A stretch of 53,824 nucleotides of DNA, filler included, from Basidiobolus ranarum (GCA_040143965.1; 4 parts of 4 records of this genome joined end to end with filler, not necessarily neighbours in it), one strand, 5' to 3'; numbered from the whole stretch's first letter, positions 38,249 to 53,430 are shown. Notes: generated by a model from the sequence alone, not told the origin. Numbers and translations: made by a program.

Positions 38249-40364
38249 ATGAGTGATCATCTTTTTCGTAGACGTCGACAGACATACCCTTCAGAGAGTA
38301 ATGCTGGCTCCTCGCATTTAGAATTAGTACATTACCCTAAAGATTGGAAGGTTATTTTGTAAGTACACTTAGCGCCGTATTTTATAGGGTTAGGTCTAGC
38401 ATTAAATATAATTATTGTTGGGGTTCATTTCTTTCTACAATAGACACAATGCTCCTGGAGGTCAACTTGTACTCTACAATAAGCAAGACAAAAAATTAGC
38501 AGTTCAAAGAGGAGGCCGTCAAAGGAGTCTACCTGTAAGTGCCATTACTTAATTACTTTTTAAAGTAAAGTGGTTTATTTAGTTTTACTCTTCATAAACT
38601 TAAAATTTAGCACACAACTGACCCAAGGGTTTGCATGCTTTGTCAAAGACCTTATGAAGCGGATCTTGATAGATCTGTGAGTATTATATGAGTATTGAGT
38701 ACTTTCCTCCAATTAACATTTCTTGTGGTATTAGGAGTACACTAATTCTTTTATGGATGCTAATTATTTCCAATTACTTGCCGCTGCTTCTACGTAATAT
38801 ATTGATTTTTTAACTGTGTACTGTCCAGTTTATACTGACATTTCTTTAGTCCACCCTCAGATGATGAATCTCCGGTAATAAGCGAACCCATCGTCGCCAG
38901 CCCACAGATACACCCTGAATCGCAGGCTCATCTGTCAGCGAACTCATTCAACCAAGGCTATTATCGGCGTTTTTTTATTGAAGAAAAAAAACTGGGTCGT
39001 GGGTTTCGTGGTTCAGTATATTTGTGTCAGGTAGTTGAAGCTTTCTATTCACAAAAGCAATTGTGATATTAAATTTGTTACAGCATGTTCTCGATAATGT
39101 ATATTTAGGCCAATATGCGGTGAAAAAAGTGGCTATCGGTATGTATTGGCTATTTTTGGCATTCAGCTGCTTGTATTAACGATAGCGACCAACTTCAGGT
39201 GACAACCATGAATGGCTGACTCGAATGCTAAAAGAAGTACATCTCCTTGAAACGCTGCATCATATCAATATTGTTGACTATAAACATGCATGGTTAGAGA
39301 ACCATAGTTTCAATAATTTTGGTATGTAACATTCTAATATTTCACTTGACGTAGACATGTTATTTCTTCCGTCGACAAGTTTTTGACCGTTATTTCATCA
39401 CTATAGGTCCCGAAGTCCCATGTTTATTTATACTTATGGTATATGTTCAAGCCTTATCTAGTTAGTACAGTTTGTAGTATCCTTGATGTTGAACTTGTAT
39501 ATCAATCTAGGAATGTGCAAATGGTGGGAATCTCGAGGAGTACATCGGTCAAATGGAGGAGGGTACGGATGTTCCTCTTCGTAAGCCGCTTAATTTGAAA
39601 GAACAGTTAATCGCTGAGAGAAATAGAAAACGTACACTTCGTGACAGAGGTGCATCCAGCAGAAGCACAAGTCCAATTTTCGGAGCTGGAGCTACCTCAT
39701 GTTCACAAAATACGCGTTTGTTGACATTGGAGGAAATCCGGTCATTCTTCAAAGATATTTGCGAAGGATTGGCACATCTTCATCGGAATGGGATCATCCA
39801 CAGAGACCTGAAACCTCCCAATTTGCTATTAAACTATACCAATGGAGAAGTCAGAAGCGGAATGTAAGCTCTATGAAGAAATATCTAATATCTTGTCCAA
39901 ATTCAACATCTCATCTTATTGTATTACCGATCGACAACAGTCCAAAGATTCTGTTATCAGATTTCGGAGAATGTGAGATCCTCACCCAACTCGTTAATCG
40001 TGACCGTACCGGTGCAACAGGAACTCTAGAGTTTATGGCGCCGGAGTTATTGCAAGGTTAGTGTTTAATCCTCCCCAATTAAAGAACTCATGTTGTACTA
40101 AATCTGTTGGGTGTAGTTGATAGTCAAGGTAACTACATCAAAGATTATTCTCCCAAGGCAGATATGTGGTCTTTAGGAATGCTTTTGTATTATCTTTGCT
40201 ATTCTCGGTTGCCGTACCACAACTTAGAGGATGTGGATCTTCTAAAACTAGAGGTTTTGGGGCTACAAAAGTAAGAGCAGAGTGCAATATTATGGAGCAA
40301 TCGGCTACCAAGGGCATTTGTATGTGAATTTACTAACAACTTTTGTAGGATTGAGTTTCCCAAC
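38249..40364 (+). CDS. IKS1: IKS1-family Ser/Thr protein kinase, 3'-truncated by the contig end
   Basis: [65 protein letters not shown] and DMWSLG. Confidence 0.88.
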
Positions 40365-40464
40365 NNNNNNNNNNNNNNNNNNNNNNNNNNNNNNNNNNNN
40401 NNNNNNNNTTAATTAATTAANNNNNNNNNNNNNNNNNNNNNNNNNNNNNNNNNNNNNNNNNNNN
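40365..40464. other. Artificial contig spacer (N44-TTAATTAATTAA-N44)
   Basis: Identical 100-nt linker. Confidence 0.97.
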
Positions 40465-40745
40465 CCAATATAGTCCAAGCCTGATGGGAAGTCTTTGCAT
40501 ATTGAATAGTCACAAGTTGTGAATCCTTCAAACTTTGACAAATGACATTAAAGGCCTTCTTATCTCTTTTCTTGTAAGCTTCCAATAAAGAAGGGTCAGA
40601 AGATTCCTTTTCTTCTCCAGAGACTACATCCCAAAGCTCCCTGTCCTCCAGCATGATTTGCATCTTGAACTTCCAGAAATTGTAATTTTCTCTATCAAGC
40701 TTTTCAACACTTGAGTTAATAAAAGTGGTAGTAGTGGTTTCTATA
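40465..40745 (-). mobile_element. Ty1/copia gag N-terminal fragment running off the contig end
   Basis: VEKLDRENYNFWKFKMQIMLEDRELWDVVSG...DKKAFNVICQSLKDSQL...AW. Confidence 0.85.
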
Positions 40746-41249
40746 ATATATGTTCCAATTTGCAGTTAAGTGATATTTGACTAAGTATTCTTAATTAACT
40801 TATATGTGATATATGACACAGTTAGGTGTATAAAGATAGAGATAACAAAGTATGATAAAGATAATAAACTCCAACAAGATATGAGCTAAACCTTTGGTAT
40901 GAAGTACTTTACAATAATATTCAGGAGAATCTATCAAAGAAACTAGGGATTTTGAAGGTGACAAATTAGCAATCAAGTGGTAAGTGTATATAATATGGGT
41001 CATGTTTTTCACACATGTGTTGATCAATAATTTTCTGATATTGTAACCAATGATGTGTAACTATTTTGCAAGATCTTAAAATTTCACTCCTAAAATTGAA
41101 AAATTGATTCAAATCTAACTTGACAATTTTATGATGGTAAGTAAATAATCTACCAAATATGTATTAAAGCTGTGGTGAATTTCTTACAATAATTATCCTC
41201 AAATTTCTATCAGGGGATTCAGCATGTTTTCTTCTTTTGTTAATCTTCC

Positions 41250-42035
41250 CAAGCAATCTTTGCTTAAATGGCCAGTTCTTTAGCAGTAATCACAGAATGT
41301 GTTGCTTTTCTTCTTGAAGTGATTTTGACCTTTCTAGGAAGGTTTCCCTTAACTTATTAAAGCACTTTCTTCATTCTTTTGGTTGCATCCTAATTTGCAT
41401 AAATCTTCATCCAGAAGTCTACCAAATATATAATTTAAGGTCAAATTTTCAGTTCTTGATTCTAGAGCCACTACTAGGCTCTGAAACTTGTGTAGCAGGC
41501 TATTCAGGACTGTAACAATTATATCCTGATCAGTAGTAGGTTCTCCAATGCATTCCATTTCATCCACTAAAATAGTGACTGTATTAATCTGTGATTTAAT
41601 GTCTTCTCCTGGCTTCATCTTTAAGTTAAAGAATTGTCTTCTCAGAAACATCTTATTGGCAGCAGAACATGTTTGGTAGGTGTCTTCCAAGGCTTTCCAT
41701 ACCATCTTGGCAGTTTTGGCTCTTGAACATTGAATTAACAATTTGTCTTTAACATAAAGACAAATTGTGTAAAAGGCACTTTGCTCTTTTTTAATCTGGA
41801 GTAAAACTGTGGTTTCAGATAGTTTTGCATTGTTTTCTTCTCCTACAACAGTGTCCCAAAGTCATTTTTCTTGCAGCAGCATTTTCATTTCAATTTTCCA
41901 AACTAGAAAATTGGTTCCATCCAAATTCTCAGAAGAGGGACAAGTACCAGAAATTTGCAAAGTACACATTACAGAGAGTGCAAGCTTGGGCTCATAACCT
42001 GTTAAACTATTTGGGATTTGATTGATTGTTAATCA
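41250..42035 (-). mobile_element. Decayed Ty1/copia 5' end: LTR end, primer-binding site, gag with in-frame stops and Zn knuckle
   Basis: ...TTTAACA then GGTTATGAGCCC (41999-41988). Gag reads LDGTNFLVWKIEMKMLLQEK*LWD, then a UBN2-like ORF at 41349-41741 and CDYC*RTGHLSKDC near 41260-41298. Confidence 0.88.
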
Positions 42036-42603
42036 CTGAAAAAACATGCTGCCAAGCAAACAATACTGAAGCTATGAATTAGGGTGGTCATTGGCTAAGC
42101 CTTCAAGAGACAATTAATATAACTTAGAGTTTGCCTCACACCTTAATATTGTTAATCAATTTGGATGGTAGTACACTATGCAATGGTATCTTTTATCAAC
42201 TATAATAGGCCCATCGTTGGACTTATATGGCATTAAAAGAATCACAATCACTTCTTTGTCACTCCAAAGACCATTAAAGCAATTCAAGAGATATTCTCAA
42301 ATGTACCACGTACTTGATAGTATAGTGCCTTTAGCAATACTGCGAGAGGTTTAGAAGCATGATGGATAGACATTGAAAGGTGTGATATTTATTGATTTGA
42401 ACTTAAACTACAAAATCATATAGCTTTTACTCATTGAAAAATCTAGCTTTAAATCAACTGGAATCCATGCTGGGTCCTATCATTTGGAACTAGTTGAGAT
42501 AAATAAAATGGGGGGAGAAAAATATTATTACAAGGGGAGTACTGAAAAGATGTACTTGTGTGAACATAATAGCTTCCGTTTACCAAATCAAGAGAACTTC
42601 CAA

Positions 42604-43851
<1,248 letters not shown>

Positions 43852-45488
43852 TAGGAAATATAGATCGAAGGAGCAGCTAGGGCAATTGAAACCTTAATTT
43901 ATACCAGTAGCAATCATGGTGATGGATAGTTTTGTGGTTGGAAGAGTTACTTCTGAGCCAGTGGCCCATGATTGGGTGCATGGTACGGCTGATGAGTAAT
44001 ACTGACCAAGATTTTAATATCATATTGAGTTTGCAAATTTTTGCTATCCACAGAAATACATATCAGGCCACCATTCCCAAAGCGTATGTCGAGTCAGATT
44101 GACCAAGCCTGACTTTGGGACAGTACGTTACACTGGAAAAAAGATCGATATTTGATTATATTCATTACAGCACCATACCAGCCACCATCAGAAAGACATG
44201 CTAAGGACATAGCATCCCGGTAACTCGGAACCCAGTCGCGATCTTAGAGAGGATCACGAATCCCTCATAACATGTGAACTGCTACAGAAGTTTCATTTTC
44301 TGGTGACTCTAGATGTGTCAACATATGTGATCGATACCTGTGCATGCTATCGATGACTTCTTTTACCTCCACCACCTTACGAATGCTAAAGCAGCGCTCT
44401 AGTATGTTTCATAGCTACAGGGCCAGTGCAAGATTTGAACTTGAGGCCATCGTAACTTGTATCCACCTTTTTTGGAGATCAACAAGAATTTTACTGGGCG
44501 GATCTGCTAAAGATGGGAAGAAACGATGAAAGGAGATCAGGGGTAAGATCGCTCTATATTTTAGTGTGCGGATCTTTAGGGGTGTCTGAATTTAGTGGAA
44601 GATGCATGAGTAGGCGCTCCACCACTATAATAGTTATTGCTTCAAATGGTAGTCAACGAGCGGTGCCACAAAAGGAAATAGAGGTTGAACTCTTAAAGAT
44701 TGTATGAACCCCCCTCCCCCATAATTGTTATGGCCACAGGTCTCTGGTAAGAACCCTTAATTGTTGACGATGGATTCAACAATACAGAGTGTTCAGTGCA
44801 CGATGTTCGGCCCTTTCGTCAATTCTAACATCTTTTCAACCTCATCTTGAAGGCTATGAAAATGGATATTTAGGGAAGGAGTCTCGGATAGGTCGCTACC
44901 TCCTTGATTGGGGGATGAAAACGAGGTTACATTCGGATAGCGATACGCCCTGATTCCAGAATTCTGTAGAGACAACAGGCCATCCAAAGCATTGTCAGGA
45001 TTGAACTGCCAAAGGTAACTAGTGCATAAGAGCGAGTAGAGATTTTCCTATATCACTTCCAGCTCTGATATGCACAAAACACTCAACCTGCTTGCATATT
45101 ATTACCAAGCGTACTGGGTACAACCACAACTCTTTCATTTAACATTTCGCTCCGATCTATACTTGGTAATACCGAAGCTGGAATATAGTACGAGGTACAT
45201 TAAATGCATCCCAGTTGTGCATTCGATGTATGTTTCGACCCTAGTGTTGGCATGATTTTACCTTCCAAGGTTTGTTTCGACCTAACCCGATTTCATGTAA
45301 ACAATGGGTTCATTTTGCAGTTCAGGTTTGATGTGGGTTAAATCATACAGATCTGAGGTATTCCAGATTTGATTGTGATTTCACAATAAAAAAAGTCCCA
45401 TATTCGAATCATGACACGTTCGGTTTTGAGGATATTAGTTGACAACCTTAGAGTTGGAAAATAACTTTGTTTAGTCATTCACCAACCG

Positions 45489-47949
45489 ATGTCTGGCGAG
45501 TCGAAAAAGAGAGTTGCCTACTTTTATGACGGTAAGTTAGTTAGTTAGAGAATTGTCGGTTGTTTTCCAGTATCTGATGTATATTGCCTACTATTAGCTA
45601 ATATTGGTCATTGTCACTATGGACCTGGCCATCCAATGAAGCCTCACAGAATCCGAATGACCCATACTTTGTGTATGAATTACGGCCTCTACAACAAGCT
45701 TGAAATATACGTATCCTTTTGTACATAGCTAGAAGCAGGGCTTTATTTTTGCTTGATCAAGCTTAGATCCAATGATTTTTGTATCAAAACGTATATAGTC
45801 TCTTAACTCCTCACCAATTCGTTTTAGCGCGCTAAACCTGGAACTCGTGAAGAGATGACTCAATTTCACACGGACGAATATATTGATTTCTTACAGCGAG
45901 TATCTCCCGAAACTGTGGATCAATTCGTCAAGGAACAAGTAAAATGTATTACAACTACTTGATATGAGATATCAAACCGCGTTATATCTAACTTTTTAAC
46001 CAAAAGTCAATGTAGGAGATGATTGTCCGGTTTTTGATGGACTATTTGAGTATTGCGCCATTTCAGCCGGAGGTTCACTTGGTAATTAGTGGTTAAGCTT
46101 GAGTAGCCCTTGTTTTCTATTTGGTAACCATTTTTATCGGGGGAACTTTTCTTTCAAAACCAATGTTTCTCATGTAGAGAGTGCTGCTAGACTGAATCGA
46201 AATATCTCGGATATTTGTGTAAACTGGGCCGGAGGTTTGCATCATGCGAAAAAATCCGAAGCTAGTGGATTTTGTTATGTTAATGATATTGTGTTGGCCA
46301 TTATTGAATTATTGAGGTAGCTGTTCAGAATTATTTTTGTATTGTGCATGTCTGACGCGACGTTACTTGTAGGTATCATCCCCGAGTTCTCTACATCGAT
46401 ATTGATGTCCATCATGGTGATGGTGTCGAGGAAGCTTTCTATGCCACCGATAGAGTAATGACGGTTAGCTTCCATAAATACGGAGAGTATTTTCCTGGAA
46501 CTGGTGAACTTAGGGTGATTAATGCCGCCTTTTGATTGTCTTTGAATGATTTCTTACATTTTGGTACACTCTAGGATATCGGTGTTGGAAAAGGCAAATA
46601 CTACGCAGTTAACTTCCCACTTCGAGATGGGATTGACGATGATAGTTACAAGAGTGTCTTTGAGCCGGTAAACTTTCTATCATATATATATATCATTTGG
46701 AGGACAAGTCGACCTAGCAGCATATCTAAACATTGAGCTTTTTAGGTTATTCAACATGTTATGGATTGGTACCAACCCTCTGCCGTAGTATTATTATGTG
46801 GTGCTGATTCTCTGTCTGGAGACAAACTTGGGTGCTTCAACTTGTCAATGAAAGGTTTGTATTTATGACTCGCCTCGCATCCTCCTATGAATCACTCACT
46901 GATGTTTTGTCTGGAATAGGACATGCCAACTGTGTGAAATTTGTGAGAGGCTTTAACTTACCCACCTTAGTTCTTGGTGGAGGTGGATATACCATTCGTA
47001 ATGTCTCAAGGGCTTGGGCTTATGAAACTGGTGTCGTAGTTGGGGAAGACTTATCTGAAGGTACTTGGACATTCATTGAAGCTTTAGTCAACAGCTCCAT
47101 CGCCATTGTAGTAATGCAAATCACTCATCCTAGATATCCCTCCAAACGAGTATATGGAATATTTCGGACCAGATTATAAACTCGAGGTTAAGCCGAGCAG
47201 CATGCAGAATTTAAACACTAGAGAATACTTGGAAAAAATCAAGTAAGCAATTGAAAATAGATCTAGAACTCCCGATGTGTACTTATTTCGCCATCATAGA
47301 ATTCAAGTTTTCGAAAATCTATCCCGAACAAAGTTTGTACCAAGTGTGCAAATGCAAGGTAGGTGTTTTCCACTCTGTCAAATCGATCAAATCAGATGGA
47401 CTCCCTAACGTCGTTACCATTACCCATCTTGCGCATGCTATTAGATACTCCAACAGTAAACTATCAATCGGACGATGAGGATAACGATGATCCAGAAGAA
47501 CGTATTACTCGTAAGATTCTTACTATGTAGATCCTAGACACATATGATCGTACTAAGATGTAGTCACCTAGAAAAAATGCGAGATAACTATATCATCCCT
47601 GATAGTAATTTGTCGGATTCCGAGGACGAAGGCGATGGCCGCCGTAATCAATATGATTTCCACAAGGAAGCCTCGCTAGATCGAACTAAGAAAACGCGAG
47701 TCAGACTTAATCCAACTCGGGATTCCCAAAGAACTTCATCTCCTACAAAGGAAGAGATGGTCGATTCACCGCTGGTTAGTACTGTTGAATCGAGTCAAGC
47801 TGAGATGGATATCGAACCTGAAGGTAGTCTAACCATTACCGAATTTTCGATCGAATAAGCCGACTAATATTCAACTTGCCTCCAAAATTTTAGAAGCGAA
47901 TGCTACTGATGATACAAAAGTCAAACCGGAAGACCCCATGAGCTTGTAA
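45489..47949 (+). CDS. RPD3: Class I histone deacetylase, RPD3-like (many exons; last exon inferred)
   Basis: [73 protein letters not shown] and LSDSEDEG. Confidence 0.94.
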
Positions 47950-48170
47950 ATAAGAATTTAGCCCACATCCATTTGAGAATTGTGATTTTAGAATTTACTT
48001 GACTATCCTTGATAATAAAGCCTTAATAAGCGACTTTGATAAAGTTCATGGTTTATGCATTTCAAACATATATATATAGCATACGCATCAGAGGGACAAA
48101 TGACTTGACTGGACTATTTATTACTTGTCAGCGACTAAAAATATGGTAAACAAATTCCTTCATAAACGGT

Positions 48171-48901
48171 CTATAAAACTCCCTTGGTACTTGGCACATC
48201 ATTTGTTCCAGTAAATTCAACAGCCTCACGTAGAGCTACAGCAGTGGCTTTAAAGGCAGATTCGGCCCTATGATGATCGTTGAATCCTTTGAGCACATCT
48301 ACGTGAAGAGTTATTCCAGCCGAGGTCGCGAAGGATTCAAAAACATGAGGAATCATTTCGCAGGAGAGTTGTCCAATCATTTCACGTTTGAGGCCCAAAT
48401 CAATCTGTGCGTGAGGACGTCCAGAAATATCTACTACAGCACGAGATAACGCCTAGTTATATTAGAGAAAATGTTTAGGATAAAGAAAGCGTATCTTTGT
48501 TCCACTTATACTAACCTCATCCAATGGGGCATATGCGTAACCAAATCGTTTGATACCACGAGGCTCACCAAGAGCTTGCTTGAATGCCATCCCAAGGGCT
48601 ATAGCAGTGTCTTCAGCGGTGTGATGATCGTCAATATGAATATCACCTTTACAGATGAGAGTAAGAGACCAGCGAGAGTGCTTTGCCAAGGCATGATACA
48701 TCTAAAAGACAGGCTATTTAGTTTTCACCAGTGAAGTGCAGATTGTATAAAAATTCAACTCACATGATCAAGAAACCCAATTCCAGTGCTAATTTCAATG
48801 GTTTGGTTGTCAGTGTGGATATCACCTAATGTTAAGGAGATTTGAATGTCCGTTTCATTAGTTTTACGGGAAACAGTTGCGGTTCTGGTTGCCTTTGACA
48901 T
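48171..48901 (-). CDS. HIS3: Imidazoleglycerol-phosphate dehydratase (3 exons)
   Basis: [48 protein letters not shown] and PSTKGVL. Confidence 0.97.
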
Positions 48902-49027
48902 GATTGCTTGCAGAGTACAATGGTATATAAATGAAGGTATTCTCGGTTCTATGAGATGTTATCTCTTTATATGGTACAAATTCGGGAGGTCACAAAAAAT
49001 TCTATTTTTCGATATTCTATATTCTCC

Positions 49028-49146
49028 ATGACTATTAAACGACGCTTACCCAAATAAAAATATTTCCCCGGGGGAAAAGAAGCCAGAGATTTCTAGATCT
49101 TCCGTAAAGAGATATCAGTCATTAATAGTCATCGTATGTTAGTCAT
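49028..49146. promoter_or_regulatory. Cluster of four ATGACT/AGTCAT motifs upstream of HIS3
   Basis: ATGACT at 49028; AGTCAT at 49117, 49127 and 49141. The last reads ATGACTAA on the minus strand. Confidence 0.5.
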
Positions 49147-49526
49147 CAATCTCGATCTAATGTTGCTGACAAATCACGTGCCAGAAAATGAGAGTTCTTT
49201 TGGAAACAAGATACATAACCCCACTAAGGGCCAGGAGAAATGAGCAATTCAACAGAAAACGCGGCACAAAGCTTTCAAAGTATTTATATATAAAAAGCGG
49301 AAAGAAAGGAGGTATCTGGATACAAACATCCAACCAACCAATCAATTTCAGGGAAGGTAATATTATTACATGAACACTCTGCTACGAGGAAGCCGAAACA
49401 AAACGAAAAAAGGGAAGCCCTCGCAACCGTGGATATGTGTAGCATGCGTACCAACAAATCAACGAGCTCATGAAATAACAATGATTGTTGATGAAATAAA
49501 TAAAATCATTGTCAAAGCGATAGAAT

Positions 49527-52500
49527 CTACTGAATTTTATCGAACAGTTCTAAAGTGACGGAGCTTAGAAAGGCAGGGATTGAGCCGCGTTCGACAACCC
49601 AGAATTGGATCATATTGTGCAAACTTCTCATATACTCGGTATTTCCGCCACCGATTAATTGCATAGTACCAGAGTCGTTGTCGCCCGAAGTAAATATGAA
49701 AGAATGATCATCTTGGCTAGCATAAATCGACGACAATCTCACTCGGCCGTTTTCTAAGAAATCGAATTTATATCCCAAAAGACTATAAACAGCCTCACGA
49801 TACTCTTGCGCTTTGGCTTTCCAAACCTAAAATATACAGAGATTAGCTTTGCCTCGAAGGAATCATAGAAACTCGGCTAAAATTGTCACCTCTTTCAGTC
49901 GCATCATACGTTTCTCTTTCTCAGCTACTTGATCTTCTAACCGCCGATTTTCATTTTGAAGATTAGCATAACTCTGATATGGAATCATGTCCGAATCTTC
50001 CGTGGTTGCTTTAGCAGCAGGGTTGGGTCTAGTAGTCTGAAGCTCTTGTATTTTCTGTAACAGTTGTTTGTTCTCCGCCTTCAAAGAATCCAAAGTAGAT
50101 GCTCGAATATTGACCTCACGCGACGTGGGGTTATCAATTAATTGTAGAACCTATATTGATGCCTGGTTAAGCTACATAATGATCGAGTCAAAGCAATTCA
50201 TGAATTACCCTCGTTTTACTGGGGTTGTATTCGCCACGACCCAATGCGAATTCCAGAGCACCCAGTTGTTTATCCAAAGATTCGTTTTCCTTTACTAGCA
50301 TTCCATTCTCTTTTTTCAAATTCGCAAGCACTGAAATCGTAGGTAAATGTCAAAATCATATGTTTGATACGGACTACGAAAACAATCAATATAAAGTACC
50401 TTCTTGGTGTTGCTCATTATCATGAACCAATTCATTTAATCGCTCTCGAAGTGCAGCAATAGTTGTGTTATCATTGCCAGACTCTTCTGAAGTCGCGTTT
50501 GCTCTCCCGCTTTCGTTATTTTCTTCAAGCTGCTTTATTTGCTGTCTATACTCCTCTACCAACTCTTCTAGCTGAGAAATACGGGTGGCTTTAGCAGAGT
50601 CAAAGCTACCGGGCATCATAGTAACTTCCTCCATATCATAAGATTTCTAGTATATCAATTTCAACCCAGAATAAGTAGGTAACCAGACTGCAGAAACCAA
50701 AGTTACGAAAATACCAATTGTTCTCTCAAAAATTCCGCCTCTTTCTGCGCCAATGCCTTACTCTTCTCCATTCGCTTGAGATTTCTAGAATCTCGATCAC
50801 GTTTCTCTTCAAGTTGCTTGATCTTTTCGTTGAGATCTTGAAGCTTTGTGGAAAAAGAGTAATACGCAACTTTAGATTCCAATCAAATACATTGTGTATA
50901 CATATAATAAACCCAGCATATAAGCGAGATGCTAAGTTGGTGACTTACATGAGATTCAATCTTGGTAATATAAGCGTCTCTGCTCTTTAGGTTTGCAGCA
51001 AGGTTCCCATTTTTCTCATGCAAAGACGCGATTTCATAACGCTGAGAAGCCACAGTTTTCGAGAGGGAATAAGGCGAATCGAACTCAGAATTATCTTTTT
51101 TATCCAGGAATGTTGACCTATATACACAAAGATTCGTAAGATGAACAAATAGCCAACACTTTAATTTGGTTAGTAGACTCCTACCATTGGGCTTTTTCTC
51201 TTTTGAGGACACTTAATTCCACCTCAAGTTCGCTGCTACGATCCCGGAGGGAATCCATCATAGAAAGTTTAGACTCCAGGCTACTCTTCTCCTCTTTGAG
51301 AATTGCAATATTCTGTTGATTTTCTTTCAGTGACTTGTTTTCCCTTAGTAACGAGCTATTCTTAGCTTCAAGATTCTTGAGATACGACACCTGCCCTAAA
51401 AGACAAAACCCCTATGTTAGCAATTTGCGCAAAAACATCTGCTTCAAAAGTTGTCTTACTATGTAACTCCTGGTTAATCGTTTCGTTCGTACCACTTTGT
51501 GAGAGTTTGGATCTCAAATCTCGATTGGTTTTCTCAGCCTCTTCTAATTCCTCTTGGACTTGACCAAGCTTCTTCATTCTACTTGAAGCGAGCTCAGACT
51601 CATGACGTAGCTAAAATTAAAAATATACATTAGAGTCAAATAGAAACTATAAATTCCTTTCATACGGTTATCTTACCTGCTCCTCTAAAGAATTCACCTT
51701 GTTTTCTAAGCCACGAGCTTGTGATTTAAGCAAATTAATTTTCTGATTTGAACCACTTTCGCTATACTCTTTCTCTTCTCGTAGCGAGTCTAACTGTTCA
51801 CGAAGATCAGAATTCTCATCTTCCAGTTGTCTCTTTAAGCGCTCATTGTCTCTCTATGAAGTAGAGAGCAGTATAAATAAAATTACAACCATAAATGACA
51901 CATTAAGTTGCTGACCGTAAGTTTCTTATTCTCCGTTTCTAAGTTGACAATATTCTCTGAGGTAAGCTTCTCTCGTTCAAATAAAAATCTTCTATCCTTT
52001 TCGAGTTTCTAAGGCGATTTTAAAAAATAAGACATCTACATCGTAATAGAAAACCTGGAGAATGGAATTCACGCTACTGTACCTCGATTTTGAGTGCTTG
52101 TTCTTTCACTTGACTTTGCAATTCGCGGTTTAGACTTTCTAAGCCAATTACTTTGCGATCGTATTCTGTTCGAGTTTTTGAGAGTTCATATTTTAAATCA
52201 CTAGCTTTTCGTTTAACCTCTGAAAGTTCTGGGTCTGCAGATAATAGATGGAGGATATGATTAAATATGAAAAATGCCAAAATTTCTGAAAAGTATAAAA
52301 TTGACAATGTCTTATGTTTACCAGCAGTTTCTTTGAAAGAATTTCTCGGAGTTTGAGTTGAAGACAAATAACCCAATTCGTTTTCAGAAAATAGTCGCCT
52401 CTAAATATTGAGGGTTATGGTAGAAGAGATTAGTAAAGAGTACACGATTGGATAGATATTTCGACTTTTCATCTCGCTAAATAATAATTATTCGCTAAAG

Positions 52501-52674
52501 TACTTTTAAGGGTGGTGAAGCCTCCAACTCTGAGATGTATTTATTATAACCACTAGATATTTCAGGTATCGGTCTACTCCTGTTGTTTGTAGATAAGCGA
52601 GAACTTCTAAGCGTTTCTGAAAATGGTTTGGTATTACTCTTGGCAAATTGCGAAGTATTAAAAGGATTTTGCAT
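49527..52674 (-). CDS. MAD1: Spindle assembly checkpoint protein Mad1 (many exons; start inferred)
   Basis: Long coiled coil, Mad2-interaction motif RVLQLIDNP, RLK motif in KRMMRLKEVW, REAVYSLLGYKFDF, RLSSIYA and SIPAFLSSVTLELF. Confidence 0.92.
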
Positions 52675-53430
52675 GTTCTTCCAGCTATCAAGAGATTTGT
52701 TGTTGCCCTTGGGAGCAGAGTTTTGTACGCGTGAAATTCAGTCACAAAAAAGACTCGGGACTTCAATATTGCCTAAGGTTGGAATTATTTTCTCTTCACA
52801 TTGCTCAGATTCGCAATCAATTAATTTAAATTACTACATACTAGATATTAGCGCTTTTGTTTTGACCATGTCTTGTCAACTGTAGCCAAATAAGATTTAC
52901 ATTTTACAATACACTAGATGTCCAACTGGGATATTCCACGAAAGATCTGACATTCACGATCTCACCTTTTAATACCTACAGTCACTTGTCCTAATTGCTG
53001 CATAAATTGCCGCAGTAGGATTCTTTGTCATCACCTCATCTAAATTCACAGCATATATATGCGAGTATGAAGCTTCCAGTAAGCTATAATATTAACTCGA
53101 CGTAAAAATCAATCGAGAACGTTTTTACAGGTTTTGAATCTTTATTTTGCTTCTAGACAAAGGTAGGAAATCAGAACGTACAAAGGAACTCATCAGTTGT
53201 AAAAAAGTATAGATGAAGCTTCGAGGTATCTAAGCAATCAAAGTATATGGCGAAAGAACAAATTAACTTTATGATATTAATATATCAACTAAGAGGTGAT
53301 TATATATATTGTCATCAACAAAAAGATACATTCAAAGTGTTCTAAGGACATCATACCACGGTGCGCCTTAACTGGTATGTATTTTAAATCACGGCCGTGA
53401 ACTTTGTTTTGACTATATAAATATGCGAAA

